DNA from: Monocercomonoides exilis PA203
Taxonomy: Eukaryota > Protista > Preaxostyla
Reading direction: 5' to 3'
DNA length: 64,000 bases
Assembly (NCBI GenBank): GCA_001643675.2
Contig: LSRY02000020.1
Location: 62,001 to 126,000 of the forward strand
The translations under genes and the position numbers were made by a program. The notes beneath the pieces are model-generated. The model was given only the letters and a program-made list of their open reading frames with translations. It ran no database searches and had not been told where the DNA came from. How positions within the stretch are numbered: position 1 is the first letter of the stretch; each line of letters starts with the position of its first letter. Below, one piece after another: positions 13,262-25,224 of the stretch.

Positions 13262-14359
13262 AATATGGCTTTCAATTTCTTGAAACCTAATAGAACCTAG
13301 GCCTTTGCGACAACTCATTTTTTAAATTATTGTGTCGGTCGAATAAGTCTTTCTTTGTCGATTTGTTAATTTTACAATTATTGTCCAAAAAGTGTGCAAT
13401 CATAGTTTTTATTGCAAACTTTCTCAATTTAATGAATTTCTCACAATTAATAGGTGTTAATTTTTAATACATTTAAAAGTCGAATAAAAAATAATCGAAA
13501 AAATTTATAATTCATTTGATCGAAATACATTCGTTGGAGATCCGATTCGTTGGCTTTGTTTTAATGCGCTATATTAGAAAATGAGTTCAATTTCCTTGTA
13601 AGAAAAGTTTGATGCAAAATTTTGCACTCTAAACTTTGTATATTTTCTTTTTTATTGTTAATTAATTAATGAAACGATATAGTTTAAACATATGCATTTA
13701 TTTCATTATCTCTTGTTTCACAATTTTGATGTTATTGCTTGATATGCAATATCTGCATGTGAGACATAAATAAAAAAGCAATCAATAAAGAGATTCAAAA
13801 ATATTTATTTTTTAAAAAACACATTGTTCAGAACAGGTTTGAAGCAGTTTTTCTTTTATTTAAGATAATATTTATTAGATGACGTTATTTTGTTGTTTTT
13901 ATCCTTTTTTAACAACAAACAGAATCAGATATTATATGAAAACGTTAATTTCAACAATAGAATCGGTTATAAAAACAACAGTCAATTGGAACCTTGTAAT
14001 TGAACCTTTGATATTCAGAAGTTCAAATTAAAAATAACTTGTCAAATATTTGTTTTTTAAGTTCGTTTTTAACTTTGTTTATTTTTGATGCTTTTTGTTT
14101 CTAAGAAAAATAATATTCATAAAAAGAAATGACTTAATAAGTCCTTTTTCCGATTGGTTGATTTTCTTCTTCTTCTTCTTTTTCTTTCTTTTTCTATTAA
14201 CTTTTCTTTTTTTTCCTTTTTCTTTCTTTCTTTCTTTCTTTTTTTGCAAAAATCACAAACTTGTAAACAAATGTTGAAGTTGTGAAATATAAAAATGGTA
14301 ATAAACATTGATTGCATCTTTTATTTAATTGTTTTGAACTCGTTTCTAAATCGGATAGA

Positions 14360-15829
14360 GGAATTCAGAAAAACAGGAAGAGATTGTGAATGACAACGTC
14401 AGAAAAGATCCAAAAGCATTTGAGATGGTGACGATGGAGATGTCGTCAGAGGAGCAATGGAGGAGAGCAGAGAGGGAGGCAGAGAAGAAGAATGAAGAGA
14501 GGATAAAGAAGAGAATATATGGGTGATTTTTTTTGAATTCATATTTTCTCGGTTAAATATTTCTATTTAAAAAGATCCATTGAATATCAACAAACGAACA
14601 ATGAGAAATGAAAAGACTTATTAAAGACATCTTCATCTTTATTTGAGTTGAAACATGTGTTAATGAAAACAGTTGAAATGTATTTAGCATTTGAATATAA
14701 AATCTCTTAAAGTGATAATCAATCTTTGAAAAAACAACACCCCGAAAAAAATTATGATTTCAAAAATAATCACCCATATGATACGAAAAGCTTGGGGCAT
14801 TCGGAATCATCAGAACATCTTCTCTCTGAGAGCGGTTCCACTGAATACATATTGGGGAGAGACTCTGACAAGATTCCTGAATGGGCATTGGAGAAAGTTG
14901 AGGAAGAAGAGACGAGAAAGCGAACGCCATCGCCATCCATTTCATCCACTTCAACTTCTTCAACAACTGATTCAGATTCCACTTTTGTTCGGGGAGAGGA
15001 TCTGTGCGCCACCACTTCATCCATGTCGAATCTGGTGGATGCTATGGCCTGCTCGTCTCCTCACGAAAAGCTGATTGTGGATCTGAGGGATTCATTGTTC
15101 ATGCTTCTGCATGGAAGGAATGAGAAGAAAGAAATGGCAATTGGCGCTCTGAAGGAGAGAGAACAAACAGCTGCACAGATCCTGTTCTGGGTGGCTAATC
15201 TCGCTCTTCACTCATTTGATGAAATGGAAAACAAGCTTCAGTCATTGTCCAGTCTGAGTCCTCACATTGTTTTGTTTTCTGAGCACATGGTGATCTGCAT
15301 TGTGATGCATTCTGATTTCCTTTCATCTGATGATTCTGATTCATCATCCATCTCATCATCAACAGTTGTGACTTCTGCAAGCGATGATGATGATGACAGC
15401 GACTCCCTTCCATCATCAGCCTTTGAGGATGAGGATGATTACAAGAAAGAGTGCATGAGGTGGAAGGCCCCAGAGCTGCAGATGAGCAAGAAGATGGGGG
15501 CAACAAAGGAGTCGGTGGCATTCTCGATAGGGATGATGCTGTGGGAGTGCTTGACGCTGGAGATCCCGTTTGGGGAGTATGAGGCAGAGGTGGCGGGGCA
15601 GAAGATTGTGAACGGAGAAATACCAGATCTAAGAAAAGTGCTGGAATCTTCATACGTAGAGGTGCTGCATCACGCTTATTCTCCTCAGAAAGGCAACCGC
15701 CCAACGCTAATTGCAATGAAAAGGGAGTTGATTCAACGTTTTCCAACAGGTGCTGCGATGATAACGATGTCAGATGCAATTTGTGAAAGTGATGGAAGAA
15801 GAATGAAAGAGAAAGAAGTCAATTTTTAA
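14360..15829 (+). pseudogene. 5'-truncated pseudokinase-family gene fragment carried inside the hAT element
   Basis: Exon ~14360-14521 (EIVNDNVRKDPKAFEMVTMEMS...) then an intron, then ORF 14726-15829 homologous to 5383-6270; no signal peptide or TM segment upstream. Confidence 0.75.
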
Positions 15830-16451
15830 AGAGGAGTGGAAAACTATTCGAGAGGTTTATATTTCATATTTTAGGCAGCAAAGAGTTTTGTGCGGAGGAG
15901 ATGAATAAATTGAGAAGAAGTTGAAACTTAAAAAAAAGAGGCAAAATAAATGAAAAACACATATCATCTTTTAAGAATCTTATGGAGTGTAAACGAGAAC
16001 TTTTTTGTGTTGATTTTGTGATATTTCAGTTTTGAAATGCAGTTTCAAATGCGTTTATCTATTAATCAAAATAAAGATATATTTTTTCAGGATTGAAATG
16101 ACATTTAAATCACAACCAACTTCTTGTTTTTCAACGAATGGTTGTTGCCATCGATGAAAATCAAATAAAAAGTTACATTTAAAAGAGAATGAAGAAATAA
16201 CTTGTTTCATTCGTTTTTTCTTATTAACGATTTGAGGAATATTGCAGCTTATTTCCAAGAGTCAATATTTAATAATTTTTTATCGTTGTTTCAATTGAAG
16301 TTCAGAATCTTATCTTTTAGATAATTTAGGCATAAATAATTATTGGTGTTTTAAAAACTGAAATATCAAATAAAAAAATAAAGAAAAAAAAAGAAAAACA
16401 AATTAATCTATTGTTTTGAATTTATGTTATAAAATGAAACTATGAAAACTT

Positions 16452-19400
16452 TCAAAGAAGAAGCAAAGAATTCAGCATTTCCAATGAAAGTGAGTGTCTA
16501 TTATCACCTACGATAAGACGAAGCCTTGAAAATAGTCGCTCGCAAGAAGTCTCGCTGCAGGGGAAAGTTATTAAAGCGAAACAAATGTTTGAAAAAATTG
16601 AGTGAAAATGATCAAGTTTACTAATTTCAGAGAATAAAACAAAACAATTATCAAGCACAGCAGACTGATGACAGTCAAAAATAAAAGAAGAATACAAAGC
16701 TTCCACATGTTTTCTAACTTCTTTGTTTTGGTTTGAAAGAACATTTGACGCATATTGATGAAAACCACTTTTCATTCTAATAAACCAATCCATCTTTATT
16801 GTTTCGATAATGCTTCTAATTGTCATTTGTTTCTGATCCATATCTTTCAGTTTACCAAATTCAATAAATTCACTTGAGCCAATAAATCGAAGATCATCGT
16901 CATTTTCAGAATTGTCTGAGGATTCGTCATCATCATTGCTTTCAGCAACTTCGCTTCTAACTTTGCACCTTATTTCATTGATTTCTTTTTCACTTTCTTT
17001 TCTTGTGATATATGTATTGGTCTCTTTCTGCAAAGATAAAGACGAATCAAAAGTATCAGGAAATTCGTCTTCTTCAGAATCTCTTTCAGCTTGTAATAAA
17101 CCAAAAATATCCAGATCTTCCTCATCAATTTCTTCTTGATCCATTGAAGAAAATTCATTAATTTTTAACGGAGAATTTTCTGATATTATTTTGAGTAACT
17201 GAATAATGTGCATGTCATCTGGATTCTCGCTATCCATCTTTGGAACAGTGATTGTTATATGAGAAGATGAATTGATTTCCTTTTGAGACGATGAAGTTTG
17301 CTTTTTATTTTCGCAAGGTTCAGGATTCAACGAACGAAGAGTGGAATAAAATGCGTTGATTGTGAAGGGGTTCGATTCATACGTTATTGAAGATGGAACA
17401 TCAAACATTATTTTTCGAAAAGATAAATCATTTCCAATGAACAAATCTTTCACAGTATTTTGCTTTGAAGTTTCATTTGGAAATTCATTTCGCTTATCTA
17501 TTCTTATCATCTTGCAGATTTTTCTATGATCAGTTTCCATTTCATTTTCAGAAGAAATCGAGTTCAAACAAAAGGGAGAAGAAGTTGATTGTTTTGATGG
17601 AATGGAAGGAAAGGAAGGCAGTTCAAAAGGTTGAACAGATGATACCTCATTGCGAGGTGAAAGTTGAGATAAAGTTATGCAAGTAGAAGGAGAAGTTAGA
17701 TGGGAATTTCGCGGTTTCCAGATTTGTTTGATTATTTGATGAGTGGAAGGAGAGGAAGGAGAAGTGGAAGAAGAGGGAGAGGTAGAGGAAGAGGAAGAAG
17801 ATGATGAAGAAGAAATTGCATTGGAGTTAAATGACGAAAATGAGGGTGAAATTGACTTGAATAAGTGTTCGCGACCCTGGGGTTTTGATGAATCTGCTTT
17901 GTTCGTTATATTCATATCAGTATGTGGTAATGCATTATTTGAATCAACGTGTGTGGAAATTGAACATGTAGTTTCCACTGAAAAAGCCTGTTTATATCCT
18001 TCTTTTAACCTGCACAATTCTGAGCAGAATGTTTCGGAAAATGATCCTGCTTGATAAAGATTTCTTCCTATTGGTGTCAAAGAGAAGGCTAAAGAAATAA
18101 TATTCCCTCGATTTCCTGCCAAGAAATAATTAAATAAAAGAATTATAATTTGACATAAACCAGATCGCCAGTTTTCATCGGAAAATTCTGCCAGCTCCTG
18201 CATCCAAATGAACCGTGCAAATGCCTTTAATATCTCTGGGAAAATATCACCTAACTTAATTTCTTCCTTTTCAAAGAACAACTGAAGTTCTTTGAGAGGA
18301 AATAAAAGAAGTTCATTTTTGATCACATCATTAACAAAAATTAATTCCTTCAACTCAGAAAAACAATCATAATAATAATGTTTTCCAATGAAACAACAAA
18401 TGTCATAAAGACAAAGCCATCTGGTTTCCACAAATGTGGGGTATTTCGGAATTGTCGGAATTCTTCGAGAAAGGACTTTCACTTGTTTGGAATATGTAAT
18501 TATTGTATCTCTCAATTTTTGAAAAAATTCATTTTTTCTGTAAAAATGACTCACCACTAAATTTAACAGATGATTGCAACAATACACAAATACTGGAGTC
18601 GTTCCTGCGCATATCGATAAAGACGTTTTTGTAATATTTTCTTCACTCAAACTTTCAATTGCTTTCCGTTGAGGAAGCAAACCATCAGTGCAAAAGCATC
18701 GCACTTCTCCGTGAAGATCTCTGATTTCCGTTAAAATTTGTGTGATGAGCTTCGAATAGTCTGATGAAGTGTAGTAAGCTTCATTTATCCTCCAAAAAAA
18801 TGGTTTTGCAAATTCCTTCAATGGGACAACTGTAATAACTGTGTACTTTTTGCTTGCAATAATTCCTCCATCAATCATTACTCCAACCATAGAATTATAT
18901 ATTATTTTTTTCCTTTCAGCGATTATTTTGTTCACTTCATCATGAATAATTGAAGAGAGTTTTCTGTGATTCAAACGTGGAAAAATGGACTCTGTTGATA
19001 AAGAAGGATTTTGTTGTGAGATCTGTATCAATGTTGAAATAAAAGTATTAAATTCCGATGAGTAAGCAGACAAGAAAGCTAAATTACAATGACTGATTAG
19101 CTTCAAAAAAAGACTAATTAAAGAATCATATTGAAAATGATAAGGTGCGATTTTCTATGTTGCAAAATTTGTTTGATAGCTTGAAGAACATGGTGATTTT
19201 AAATATTGGACAATACAAGAATTATTCAACAGAGAACATTGATGATTGCATATCCTTTCGCTTCCTTTCCTTCCACATATCCCGCAATCAACTCCTTGCT
19301 TGCTGTTAGGACATAAATAGTATTTGTGTCCATTTTTTTTTAACGAGCCATCATTTTTGACTGGAGTGTACGCTATCCAAAGTCTGTTATTGTTCACTTC

Positions 19401-19598
19401 AAAGTGAACTTTTCCAATTTCTTCACCTGTATTGTTGGGGTGTTTGAAATCTTTTTTTTTAATGAAGAAAAAGATATGATGTAACTTTTGATCGTAATAA
19501 ATTATATTCACACATTTTCCAAAATTAGTGGTTTTCGAATATTCTAACTTTACAAATGAACAATTGCTTCTTTTCAACTCTTCTATTTTTTTTCTCAA
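16452..19598 (-). CDS. hAT transposase interrupted by one in-frame TAG (19155-19157)
   Basis: MIDGG, FCTDG, CCNHLLNL (CxxH), ETRW and C-terminal CSETSCERLFSRL..NRHSL dimerisation motif; ORFs 19155-19598 and 16452-19106 share one frame, joined by 16 sense codons. Confidence 0.85.
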
Positions 19599-19769
19599 TG
19601 CATCGCTCTTCGAAAAAAAAAATCAAAACAATTCATTTTTGTTTAAATTAAACTATGTTTTCAAACCACTTCTTTTGTCTTAATACAATTTTGTAATTCA
19701 AGAGGTAAAAACTTAATAAAATCATAGTCATTTGAAACTTCCGTGATATCAGCTTTCTGAAATAAAAGT

Positions 19770-19850
19770 TGATCTATTCGACAGATTGATCAGATTGACA
19801 GACTGATCTATATGACAGGCTGATCAATTCGACCGACTGATCTTTGTCGA
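19770..19850. repeat. 17-bp subterminal tandem repeat (TGATCwwwwNGACNGry x4 plus a partial copy)
   Basis: Units tgatctattcgacagat / tgatcagattgacagac / tgatctatatgacaggc / tgatcaattcgaccgac / tgatctttgtcga. Confidence 0.85.
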
Positions 19851-20158
19851 AAAAAATAAAAAATGTTTATTAATAAATTGTAAACAAACAATTTATTATT
19901 TGAAAATACATGTGAATTATATCTATCTTTTTTTGTTTGAATAGAAAATAAAAAAAAAATTCGAAAAAAATAAAAATAAACATTCGAATATATTTTTTTT
20001 TGTCTGTCGACTTGTCGAATGCTTTCAAAAAATGTCGGTCTGTCGCAATGGCCTAATTTTAAATGTTTGAATACAGTTATTTTTCTAAAAAAAATAAGAA
20101 TATATTAAGTATTTATCATTTAATATGTTGGAAAAATGATTATGCATGTCAATTTTAG

Positions 20159-23100
20159 GGTGTCGGTTGAGTCCACTCTTGCCGCAATAACTTTGAACGG
20201 GTTATGAATCAAATAATTTTTCTAAATGAAGAATATCGTTTCTTCCACAGAAATTTGAGAATTTGATTGTCAGAAAAAATTATGCAAAAAGATCTAGATT
20301 GAGTTTCTTTTTTGCAGGGATGCATCTTTTCGGGCATGTCCTAAGTTTGCAATTTTTTATTTATTTCGCTATGCAAATTTATTGAAAATTTCATTTTTTT
20401 GCCTTTTAAATTTCTTTGGCAAACATTAATGCTGAAAAACAGCTATCCAACATCAATCAGCTATCGACGCATTGGAAGCTACATTAGCTCAACACAGAGA
20501 AATAACATGTGTAAAATATGGCTTGGATGTTTCTGGGACTCCTCTTCCGATGAATCCACCTGTTATGCAAAGTTTATGCCTTGGATTTGTTTCAAGTCCT
20601 CAGACAACCCAACTCGAGATTTGTGATATACCAATATCCTTACAAGAAATAGAATTTATGGCGCCATTATTTCAAAAGATAAGTCGCCTAAAAAATCTTA
20701 TTCTCGCAAATTGCAAGTTTGAAGTCAATTTTTTTTAAATAATTGTTAAAATAACAACTTATACATTATCAGCATTGATGATGATACATTTGTTGCTCTA
20801 GGTATACTTATCTTACAATCAAAATATTCTAGGCTTCGTTACCTTGATCTTAGAAGCAATCATATTGGTGTTTACACGGTAAATGCACCAAAAATTCAAT
20901 ACGACTCAACACCTGGATCAAAGCTGCTTTCTCGACTTTTACTCGACAAAACCGTAAAGCTATCTTGTCTTGATGTAAGCAATAACCCACTTGGGAATTG
21001 GGGTGTTCTTGCATTGGCACAAGTTCTTCCTCGGGCATTTATACGTGAATTACGATTATCTTCAATTGGGATGACGCCAAATGGATTTTTTTGTTTGAAC
21101 CGCGTGATAAAATACACACCTGGACTTACTAGACTTGATATAAGTCATAATTTTTTGGGATTAACTGCTCTTCACAGCTTATTTAATACAGTCCCTCACA
21201 CAAACATCATTTCGTTAAATATTAGAGGTATTCTTCAGAAAGAGCGATGAGTAACAAAAAATAGAATGAGTGAGAAAGATAGACTGAAAGAAAATTATCT
21301 CAATTATTGAAATTCTTTTTGTGAATTTTTGTTATTATCTTTTTGAATGACTTTATTTTGAGAAAATTTTGTTGAAAAAATCTGATGTATTTATTCTTAT
21401 TTGTGGCAATCGTGCATACAGACACTGGGCTCGATGATTTGTCATTGATTTCATTGGGAGAAATGCTTAAGAATAACACCAAAATGGCAGAACTTGACAT
21501 CTCAGAGAACAAAATCTCCAAAGAATCATCAAAGTTGTTTGTGGAATGCATTAAATCAAACGGGATACTTCAGACCCTCATCTGCCAAGGTATTTCATAG
21601 ATATCAGTAAGTGTTGTCGTTTTCATTTGCTTCTCTGTTTTAAAATGCTAAAATAAATATTATTCATTATTTTTGTGCATTTATATTCTTAATGTTTACA
21701 AATTTCAATGAAACACATCAAATTTCTTTTTCTTTTTCTTTTCCCTTTTTTTAAAATCCAAATGAAAATTTCATTTTTCCATATTCATTTTCTTTCTTTT
21801 TCCCCCATTCCTCTTCACATGCAACAGACCTGCCTGTCCCTGCCCTGTCTGTGTTCTCCAGTGCTGCCTACGACTCACAGACAGGCCAGAAGGACTCGCC
21901 TACTCGCAACATCATCTGCCTAAAGCACGAGCCAGTGACAATGCTGGTGCCCTTCAAATACCTCTCAATGGGCGGCTATGTCTTGTCTGGCGTGATCTTC
22001 TTGCTGGCCATCCTCGCAATGGAGATTGCTGACACTGTCATGGTCTGCTTGATGCTTTTTTTGTATTTGTGGTGTTGGCGAAATGAGTTTCTTGTATTTC
22101 TAAAAAAATTAATTGTTACTTTAATTTTTGATGACTGACATGAATTATATTTTGTATTTTTTATTTTTTTAAAATCAATACATATTCGATTGACAGGATG
22201 TGCTTACGATTCTTGAGTATTTTCAAACGGGCGATCTTGTTTGGGGCATATTGAATGCAGCTTTTGTTCTCTTGTCATTTACAACCACAGCTGTATTTTA
22301 TGGTGTCCATTCGCGGACGAAGGAGAAGAAAAGGTATTGGATAGCCTTTCTCTATCAGATAGGTCTGGGGCAGATTCCGGATACTTTTATTCTCCTCTCA
22401 AATGAGAAAGGTTTGTGCAATGAATTGCGAGATGCATTAAATAATGCAATTATTCGTGCTATTGTTTGATTGTGGAAATTAATAAAACTAAAATCAAATT
22501 TCCATTCTTTTTCCTTTCATTCATTTTTATTAATTATTTTTATTATAATCATCTGATTTGACTGAAAATTGAATAATCTAACATTAAATGAACATCTTAT
22601 GACACACACACATACAAATGATGATAGGCAATTGGGACAGGATGCGTGATCCAATCACCAACAGAGAGCTGACACATCTCTCAACTTTGGACAATCTGTC
22701 ACTCTGTCGTGCAATCGTTGAGTCAATTCCACAGGTGTGCTGAAATTAAAAGAAAGCAAAAAAGAAAAGAAAAGAAAAGAATAAAGTATAGCTAAAAGTT
22801 GAAGCTTCTGTGGGATTAATGAAAATGAATCGTTCATTTAATGTTGATGAATACTCTTTTTAAAATTCTTTTGATCAAAAGGAAGACGAAGAACTTTCAA
22901 ATTCTGATGATTATGCTTTTTAATTACAAATTCTTCAATCGTGCATATTAACATTTTCTTTAATCATATTTTGTTATATTCAATTTTCAGGTTGTTCTTC
23001 AAGGGTATATTCTCCTTGTGCAACAGAAGGACACTACAATCATTCCTGTCCTCTCTTTCCTCGGCTCAGTCCTCTCTGTCTGCTGGGTCTTCGGAAACTA

Positions 23101-24123
23101 TTTGTCCACCATCGATCCAGAAACGTATGAATTATTTAATGTTTATTGTTATTATTGAATATTCTGATGCTATTTCATGACAATGCAACATTCAGAGTGA
23201 AACAAGCAGAAGAAAAGCTGGACGAGTCCATCTTTTGGCAGCTGCGCACTTTTGTGTACATTCTCATCTCTTTGGCTGTGAATTTATTCCGCATTTCACT
23301 CATTTCTTCAACAGACGTGCTGAGTCTGCTGTTCTATCTGCTGATCTCCTTCTCATACTGGTTCTCTTTCTTCTCGCTGATTATGAACACATCCGGTTTC
23401 CGCCACTTAGAGGCCTTTCTCCACGCGCTGGCCATGACACCCTTTGGGATGGGCTTCTATTCAGACATCGCCTTCTGCTCAGGAAAGGGGCGGACACTTT
23501 ACTACCGCTGGACTCGCTCTGTGCCCCGATTCGTGTTCTTCTGTGTGGATGTGGTGGCGTGGGCATTCCGGTCTCTGTCGCTGTTTGTGCATCTGCTGAT
23601 CAAGCAGCACTCGCTCCACCTGGCCATCCTGCTGGCAATGCTGCTCGTCATCTTCATCGACATGACCCTCATCCCCCTCAGACTCGTCATTGAGACAAAC
23701 GGCGTCTCATCGAAGCTCCGAATGAAGCCAAAGGTCAAAGCGAAGCGGAAGAAGAAGACTGAAAAGGAAAGAGAGCGGCTTCTGATGGCAGGCGACTTGG
23801 CTGCCCAGCCGCTCATCGGCTCAGAGTTCAGTGTGCAGCAGCAGAGGGAGATAGAGATGATGATTGCGAGCGAGAAAGGTGCGAAGAACGGGAAGAAGCT
23901 CGTGCGGAGTGAGTATGCTCGTGGAGAGGACACTGACTCGAGCGACTTTTCAGACAGCAGCAGCGGCAGTGAGGGAGATTACAGCAGCTCAGACGACTTC
24001 AGCTCGTCTTCGTTTGGCGACTCTTCGTTTGACAGCAGCGACGACAGCTTTGGCGACTCAGAATCAGACAGCAGCTCAGAGGCACTGGGAAATGTGAGGA
24101 ACAAGAGAATTGGGAGATCTTAA
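20159..24123 (+). CDS. Multi-exon protein: ribonuclease-inhibitor-type LRRs fused to an XK-related (Xkr/CED-8-like) membrane domain
   Basis: LRRs (LSCLDVSNNPLGNWG, LTRLDISHNFLG, MAELDISENKIS); then EIADTVMDVLTILEYFQTGDLVWG and spliced RAIVESIPQVVLQGY (XK-type E-x-PQ-x-x-LQ motif); 5' end uncertain. Confidence 0.7.
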
Positions 24124-25224
24124 GAGAAGATGGCGGAGATGACAAGGGGAAGTCATAACTTTGAATACGATTGACATGTTAACAACATGATCACAAAAGA
24201 ATTTTTCATAATGCAATAGATTTTGTGGTATTATTTTTTGGAGAATGTTCAATGGAATCATTTGTGAGCAAAACCGAATTTGGAATAATTCATATCATGT
24301 TTCATAGTTCGCTGTTTCTTTTTCTTAATTTTTTTTCCCTGTTTCATTCATGTTATAATTATTTTTTAAACATTATCATCATTTTTTGTTTCACTTAAAT
24401 GTGTTTTTGTGTTTGTTTTTCTTTTCTTGCCGTTTTTTGGCAACTTTTGACATTCGCAGTGATTTTCTGTGGATTAGCAATGCTTTTTTTTTTTTATTAT
24501 TTTTTAAATCAAAATTATTATTCATTTTTCGTTATTATTATAAAATTTCACCATCTTCGTCATTTTTTTGATTGGATTGCATTTGTGTTGATTGCTGTTT
24601 CATCTCATCATCTGCATTTTTTCGTGTTTTAGCTGTTATGCCAGTTTACTACTTTTGAAATAGTGTCTCAATTTGTTGAAGGACAATGATTGTCTCTCTT
24701 TGCTGATTGCACAAATCTCCAATTTATATTAGTTTATCGAACATCATCTGAATATGTTTCACTCATTGCTTTCCGTTTGTTGAATTAGCTTTTTATTTAT
24801 TAGCTTTTAAGTTGTTGACGCAAAACAATTTCTTCCATCAATGCAAATACAAAAGATGTTTCAAGAACTTCACTTGTTTTTTGAATTCATTTTAAACTTT
24901 CATGAAATCTCAAACAAACTGCATTTGCTTAAATTATGCTATTTTTTGAAGTGAAACAATCGCAAGGATAAAAACTCACCAATTCATAAGGAAAATTGAA
25001 TGGCATCAAAATTAATATAACAGAAGTGGTTTAGACTTTCATAAACTGTCAATCGGATCAAATTCATCAAAAAGGCGCTGCTTTTCAATATCGTTTGCAA
25101 CATCGAAAATGAAAAAAAGAATTCATTTTGGCAATATCTATTTGACAAAGCAACAACACGTCACCTCAAAGGCATAGCTGAAATAGGTTATTTTTCGCAA
25201 AAAAGTAAAAACTTAGCCAAAGAT

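Larger units (their letters stand above)
13156..20055 (-). mobile_element. hAT-superfamily DNA transposon (6.9 kb) with cargo
   Basis: TIRs TAGGCCTTTGCGACA (13156-13170) and TGTCGCAATGGCCTA (20041-20055), 14/15 match; 8-bp TSD ATTTTAAA at 13148-13155 and 20056-20063; encodes a hAT transposase. Confidence 0.93.

Noticed and set aside
19155-19157. Genome-wide TAA/TAG=Gln code
   Set aside because: Sir2 (TAG), CDC50, DnaJ and others end at TAA/TAG at the expected positions, and long ORFs lack internal TAR codons.
19770-19850. Possible CRISPR-like array
   Set aside because: Contiguous 17-bp degenerate units with no unique spacers, in a eukaryotic transposon subterminus; no cas genes.
25154-25180. 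TIR-like GTCACCTCAAAGGCATA (and TATGCCTTTGCG near 62550)
   Set aside because: Partial match to the hAT consensus only; no partner end, subterminal motifs or TSD.
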